Source: an uncultured bacterium (lineage in GTDB: Bacteria; JAJVIF01; JAPKYR01). From it: a stretch of DNA of 62,187 nt. Within the stretch, counting starts at the first letter, position 1; every line of letters begins with the position of its first letter. The notes under the pieces were generated by a model, which was not told the DNA's origin, did no database searches, and was given only the letters and a program-made list of their open reading frames with translations. Positions 57,652-62,187 of this stretch are shown here, piece by piece. The stretch lies in the NCBI GenBank assembly GCA_965369865.1, contig CBDURU010000005.1, positions 1 to 62,187 on the forward strand. Direction: 5' to 3'. Position numbers and translations under genes: made by a program.

Positions 57652-58578
57652 ATGACTAACGTACCTGCTCGTACAGTTGCGTTTATTTCAAATAAGGGGG
57701 GCGTGGGAAAAACCCACATCGCGATCAACCTTGCGCTGCAGTTCGCACGGGAAGGACGGCGTGTGCTCCTTGTCGACACCGATCTCGGCAGCGCCAACAC
57801 CGATATCCGCCTTGGAATTCGTCCCTCTGCAACGCTCAATGATTTCTATGAAAAACGGGTTGATATTTTCGACTGTCTTATCCCGACGAAATATGGTTTC
57901 CACTTTCTCGCGGGCAAATCCGGCGAATTCAAACTGGCAAATCTCGGTCACCAGCAAAAAATCAGGCTTCTAAAGGGATTCGATCGTCTGGTTAGGGATG
58001 GCGGGTACACCGATATTTTATTCGACCTTGGCGCCGGCATCGGATCGAGGGTGCTTGATTTCGCGCTTGTCTCGGATGAAATGGTAATTGTCGCTACCCC
58101 GCAGGACATTGTCGCCGCTTATGCCGCATTAAAAGCGAGCTGGATTCGCTACACCAGGCTGAGCGACATGCACTATTTTAAAAATAAACAAATTTTCCTG
58201 TCCGGTGATGGGATGGGTATGCCTGGTGGACAGCGTCTCAGGATAAATTTCGTCGTCAATATGGTCGACAACCTTGAGGAAGGGAAACGCGTATATCTTC
58301 GAATCCTCGATGTCGCCAGGATGTTTTTCTACACAAAGGATGGCAAATCACAGTTGCCGCTGAGATACCTCGGGGGCATACCCTACGTACAAGGCCTTCT
58401 TCGCCAGGCCGAACGGAACAAGGTCCCAGTGACTGTACTGTATCCACACCATCCATTCACCAGCGCGATCCGTGAGATTTCATCCCTCTATCTCAAAAAA
58501 AAGGCGATCGCCCCGAATCGCCTGCACGTTCCATTTTCCGATCGCGTCCTGGGCGTCGTAAAAGCCTGGGTCGGTTAA
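57652..58578 (+). CDS. MinD/FlhG(FleN)-like ATPase
   Basis: KGGVGKT deviant Walker A, DTDLGSAN, DLGAGI, AYAALK, VVNMV. Start set at the ATG after an AAGGGG RBS. Confidence 0.88.
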   Translation: MTNVPARTVAFISNKGGVGKTHIAINLALQFAREGRRVLLVDTDLGSANTDIRLGIRPSATLNDFYEKRVDIFDCLIPTKYGFHFLAGKSGEFKLANLGHQQKIRLLKGFDRLVRDGGYTDILFDLGAGIGSRVLDFALVSDEMVIVATPQDIVAAYAALKASWIRYTRLSDMHYFKNKQIFLSGDGMGMPGGQRLRINFVVNMVDNLEEGKRVYLRILDVARMFFYTKDGKSQLPLRYLGGIPYVQGLLRQAERNKVPVTVLYPHHPFTSAIREISSLYLKKKAIAPNRLHVPFSDRVLGVVKAWVG

Positions 58579-58754
58579 TCTGCCAAAGTTTGCCCAAATT
58601 ATGAGCTTCTGGATAACCCGGTTAACTGGTAATTGTTATATGTAATTACTTTGCACTATGTTATACTGAGATTTATTCCAGAGATTACAGGTAACTGATT
58701 TATTTATCGTCCGGCTCTAACTTTAAATGTATATTCATTTCTGGAGGCAATCCT

Positions 58755-61205
58755 ATGTTTAGATGGACCTTTGTGGTCGCAACAATAGTACTGGCATTGT
58801 TCGTTGCGATAGGATGTTCTGAGGGTAACGGCGGAAGTCCTGCGACGCCGTCAACCAATCCAGACCTGACGTCCGGACCAGGGCAAACCGGACAAGCTCA
58901 GAATCCAAACACTTCATTGCTTGGATACTACGATATCTATTTCGATGTCGAAAGCCGGACGATGCAGATTGTTGAGGATCGCACGGCGAGTTTCACCATC
59001 AACATCATTCCGCTTCTCAATCAGATGACCAGCCCACATAACGGACTCACGATTAGTCTTCTTTATATAGATGAATCCGATCCGAATCTAATAAAGGTCG
59101 ATGTAGATTTACAGTGGTACCATCCATTCCCGACTCAGGATCAGTTCAAGGTCTATGACTTCATGGGTGTTATAATCAGCAACGGCGATTCGACTCTTAA
59201 CTACCATAACCTTAGGGTCGGAAACTATGGCACGGACACATATATGACCAATGCCGATGGTTACACTCGCTGGTTTAACCCATCCGAGTTCACCTCCGAG
59301 GGTTTTTTTGGATGGACACCTGGTGGAATCCAGAACCTGGAAGGTACCGCAAAAGTGAATCCGTACAAGGCCTTCGGCAAGGGACTCAATATACATGGAG
59401 ATCTCTGGGACTGGCTCGAGGGCGGATCAAATAACGATGGTGTGTTCAAGTCTGGTGCTGGCAGAAGGATGAAACTTGAGTTCCCGATACCAAATGACGG
59501 CCTTGTGTTTGGTTTTGCCGTGGTCTGCTGCTGGGAAAATCAGGGATCGGGTCCATACTCCCCGTACCATCGCGCTGAGCCGGTTGCTTTCAGGGTTACC
59601 GTGGAAGACGACCTTTACTACGATGGTACTGCTTCGTACGGTAACCTGATTGCCGATATCGATGTCTGGGCCTGGGGTGCTCAGCCCTCTACGGTCCTGG
59701 TCGAATCGACAGTTCTCTCCGGTATAGAAACCGCCGCACCGACCGGCGGTGGCGGAGCCAACTGGTCAACATACTCTATCGATATTCCTGCTGCTCCGAT
59801 TTCTTCGATCGATGGTCACGAACTGTGGGTAATCGCTGAATGTGATAGCTACAACTACATTAACGTCCCAGGTGTTTCTGCACCTCCAGCCTCTGAACCT
59901 TTGGCTGCGTTCTACAGATTTCCGTTGTTTATCGCAGATACTCCTTACAACACCTGCCCGGTTATCGATGACGTGTATGATGATGTCATGGGCCCGGGTG
60001 GGGGTATGCTTGAGTTTGTTCCTTCGGGCACGGGTATAATCACCTATACCTGCGATGCACACGATGTTGATATGGACACCCTGACATTCACCTGGTATAT
60101 AACCGATGATGGTGTCGCGCTCGATACATCGACAGATGGTATCCCGGGTAACGCTATCGACTGGTATCTCAATTTCGGTCATGGTCAGTGGGACCTTTAC
60201 GTGGGTGTAGATGATGGTTCGTGCGAGACCTTCGGTGGTCCGTACGATATCTGTGCCAACGATACTGGTGCAGCAGCCGTTGCCGGAGAACCCGAACCAA
60301 GGTCAGACAGTGTCCAGACATACGATGTCCAGGCTTATACTGATACGGATGGCGATACACTCAGTTGGGATTGGACCATTACGGATGTAAGTACCGGCGA
60401 TCCCGTAACAACAGGTTGGACAGATAACTTTGATGGCTCAATCGAGGTTGACTGGACTGCGGTTGGTGCCGTGTATTTTGATGAGTACACAATCGACTGT
60501 GATATTATCGACATATGCCAAACCATTCCCGCTGATACGCTTGATATTACAATCATTGATCTTTTTGAGGAGCAATTCGATACGAATCCAGGTGACTGGG
60601 CGTATGCTTACTACCAGTACTGGTCGGGTTGTTCCAACCCAACGGTAGGCTACTCAACTGCATCACCCTGGCACACCGCCACGGGCTCAATCCGGTACCC
60701 GCCAGGTGCTGGTGGAAGCAACGGTGGCAGCCTGCAGACAGTTGTAACTCCTCCATTCTATATATCTGTCAGTGCCTCAGAGGTATTCTTAAGGATCTGG
60801 GCCTGCGAGGGATTTGCTGACTCCTGGGACGGATACATGAATTCGAACTTCAAGATTGTCGAATCCTCAACTCCTGGTCTTTCTCCGTTCATCAGCGGCG
60901 ACCCAGCACCACTACCTGCCGGTGGCGCTTACCTGCAGAACTCACTCGCTCACGGCAGCTCCGGATGGGATATCTACCAGAACAGTCCCTGCTACATCGG
61001 TCCTCTCGCTGGCCAGCCTGGTTGGACAGGTGACAAGGGCGGTGGTGAGAACCCGGAAAGCCTGACCATGTACCTTGACCTGATCATCCCGGCCAGCTTC
61101 TTCGGCAAGACCGTCAAGGTCGCTTTCCAGTATTCACCCGACTGGTGCGGTTTGTCCTCTGGTGGAGCTTTCTCGATGGATGATTTCGAGCTCTGGACCA
61201 ACTAA
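58755..61205 (+). CDS. Large surface lipoprotein (conserved N-terminal domain, Ig/PKD-like repeats, C-terminal beta-sandwich)
   Basis: FVAIGC lipobox, G/S/P/T linker, D.D.DTL.(F/W).W.IT repeats, LFEEQFD...MDDFEL C-terminal domain. Confidence 0.75.
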   Translation: MFRWTFVVATIVLALFVAIGCSEGNGGSPATPSTNPDLTSGPGQTGQAQNPNTSLLGYYDIYFDVESRTMQIVEDRTASFTINIIPLLNQMTSPHNGLTISLLYIDESDPNLIKVDVDLQWYHPFPTQDQFKVYDFMGVIISNGDSTLNYHNLRVGNYGTDTYMTNADGYTRWFNPSEFTSEGFFGWTPGGIQNLEGTAKVNPYKAFGKGLNIHGDLWDWLEGGSNNDGVFKSGAGRRMKLEFPIPNDGLVFGFAVVCCWENQGSGPYSPYHRAEPVAFRVTVEDDLYYDGTASYGNLIADIDVWAWGAQPSTVLVESTVLSGIETAAPTGGGGANWSTYSIDIPAAPISSIDGHELWVIAECDSYNYINVPGVSAPPASEPLAAFYRFPLFIADTPYNTCPVIDDVYDDVMGPGGGMLEFVPSGTGIITYTCDAHDVDMDTLTFTWYITDDGVALDTSTDGIPGNAIDWYLNFGHGQWDLYVGVDDGSCETFGGPYDICANDTGAAAVAGEPEPRSDSVQTYDVQAYTDTDGDTLSWDWTITDVSTGDPVTTGWTDNFDGSIEVDWTAVGAVYFDEYTIDCDIIDICQTIPADTLDITIIDLFEEQFDTNPGDWAYAYYQYWSGCSNPTVGYSTASPWHTATGSIRYPPGAGGSNGGSLQTVVTPPFYISVSASEVFLRIWACEGFADSWDGYMNSNFKIVESSTPGLSPFISGDPAPLPAGGAYLQNSLAHGSSGWDIYQNSPCYIGPLAGQPGWTGDKGGGENPESLTMYLDLIIPASFFGKTVKVAFQYSPDWCGLSSGGAFSMDDFELWTN

Positions 61206-61234
61206 CAATTCCTGATTAGCATTGATTCCTTCGT

Positions 61235-61256
61235 CCGGCTTTCCAGCCGGGCTTTT
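61235..61256 (+). terminator. Intrinsic terminator
   Basis: CCGGCT-TTCC-AGCCGG followed by GCTTTT. Confidence 0.6.
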
Positions 61257-61257
61257 A

Positions 61258-61402
61258 GACCAATCACACTTAACAGGTATTTTTTGCTAACTGTATTTCC
61301 GGAGTTCTCATGGTGGCCCCTCGTAAAATCGGCCTGAGCGCCAGCGAAGGCAGGTTTTAGGAGGGTCTGATACGAATCGATATTTAATTAATGGGATTAG
61401 TC
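61258..61402. mobile_element. MITE (145 bp) of the GACCAAT-end family, copy C
   Basis: Matches 14089-14233 except two substitutions seen by eye, both in the TIRs; flanked by TTA and TTA. Confidence 0.85.
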
Positions 61403-61928
61403 TTACGTGTTCCGGGCATGGTTTGTATCCTGGAAGTGGTGGTTTTCTATGTGCCGATACAATGCCGGTGGGACATATGTCTGCAAGGGCGGACCTGTTT
61501 TCCGGGCGGATCTACTCGCCGAACTACCGGCCGAATACTGAAAATAGCTGGAATCCGGCTCTCCTTCCTGATTTAATATTACCTCATCAAATAATATTAT
61601 AGTTGTCCTCCCATGGGATTATCCCATTTCAAATTATCTGGGTTATAGAAAAATATTGCAAGCATTCGTAAACTAACTTGTTGAATCAATAATTTTATGC
61701 TACCGTATATAATGAGTCTCAAGGTTATCAATCGGCAAGATAGTTGGTAATGGTGGGTTTCTATCTATAATTACTGTATTCAGGATTCTTCGGTAAGCAA
61801 TTTTAATATCGGTAAAATATAGTCAAAGTAGCTATAAAACAATAAATTCTGCTGTTATGGGAAAATTATGGTTAATGCGCTAGGGCGTTAATAATAAAAT
61901 ATTGAAAAATGCATAAGGAGGCAACAGT

Positions 61929-62187
61929 ATGAATCGATGGACAGTTCTTTTCGCGGCGATTATGTTCAGTTTATTCGTTGCGATAGGATGTTCTGGAGGC
62001 GGCGGAAGTCCTGTGGCGTCGCCTGCCGGTCCGGAAATCACATCCGGATCAAACAATTCAGGACAAATACAACAGCCAAACACATCATTGCTCGGTTACT
62101 TCGATGTCTATCTCGATGTCGGAAACCAGACAATGGAGGTCGTTGAGGATCGTACGGCGAGCTATACGATCAACATCGTTCCGTTTC
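61929..62187 (+). CDS. Paralogue of the 58755-61205 lipoprotein (partial, runs off the window, absent from the ORF track)
   Basis: AAGGAGG RBS; MNRWTVLFAAIMFSLFVAIGCSGGGGSP...NTSLLGYFDVYLDVGNQTMEVVEDRTASYTINIVPF aligns with ...NTSLLGYYDIYFDVESRTMQIVEDRTASFTINIIPL. Confidence 0.9.
   Translation, partial: MNRWTVLFAAIMFSLFVAIGCSGGGGSPVASPAGPEITSGSNNSGQIQQPNTSLLGYFDVYLDVGNQTMEVVEDRTASYTINIVPF

Noticed and set aside
14089-61402. 47-kb composite transposon bounded by the two identical MITEs
   Set aside because: Each copy has its own distinct target duplication (TAA versus TTA), indicating independent insertions, and the interval contains housekeeping genes.
61391-61576. 61-aa ORF between the lipoprotein genes
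   Set aside because: It starts inside the MITE TIR, has no RBS and shows no recognisable features.

Overview
Bacterial chromosomal segment of about 62 kb, probably from a diderm anaerobe or microaerophile (heptose adenylyltransferase, KdsD, PerR-led O2-detoxification operon). The lineage cannot be assigned from the sequence alone. It holds about 45 CDS: a thiolase plus an inverted-order 3-hydroxyacyl-CoA dehydrogenase/hydratase; a four-gene membrane redox locus (Tat-exported HybA-like Fe-S protein and NrfD-like subunit, convergent with a nine-heme cytochrome c and a cytochrome b fused to four monoheme c domains); nadE; perR-ahpC-dfx-rbr-fprA-rubredoxin; a sodium:solute symporter behind a terminator-type leader; a complete liuR-liuABCDE-aacS leucine catabolism operon with a LiuR box; an S8 protease; kdsD; pyrF; glycan-modification genes; a FlhG-like ATPase; and tandem paralogous surface lipoproteins. 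Two AT-rich, defence-like genes (TIR and KAP NTPase) look inserted. Intergenic DNA is rich in palindromic repeats of several REP/REPIN-like families. A small TIR-bounded MITE family (three copies, 3-bp TAA/TTA target duplications) carries REP-like hairpins as cargo. No rRNA, tRNA, CRISPR array or transposase gene was found. All product calls come from motif recognition, not database searches.
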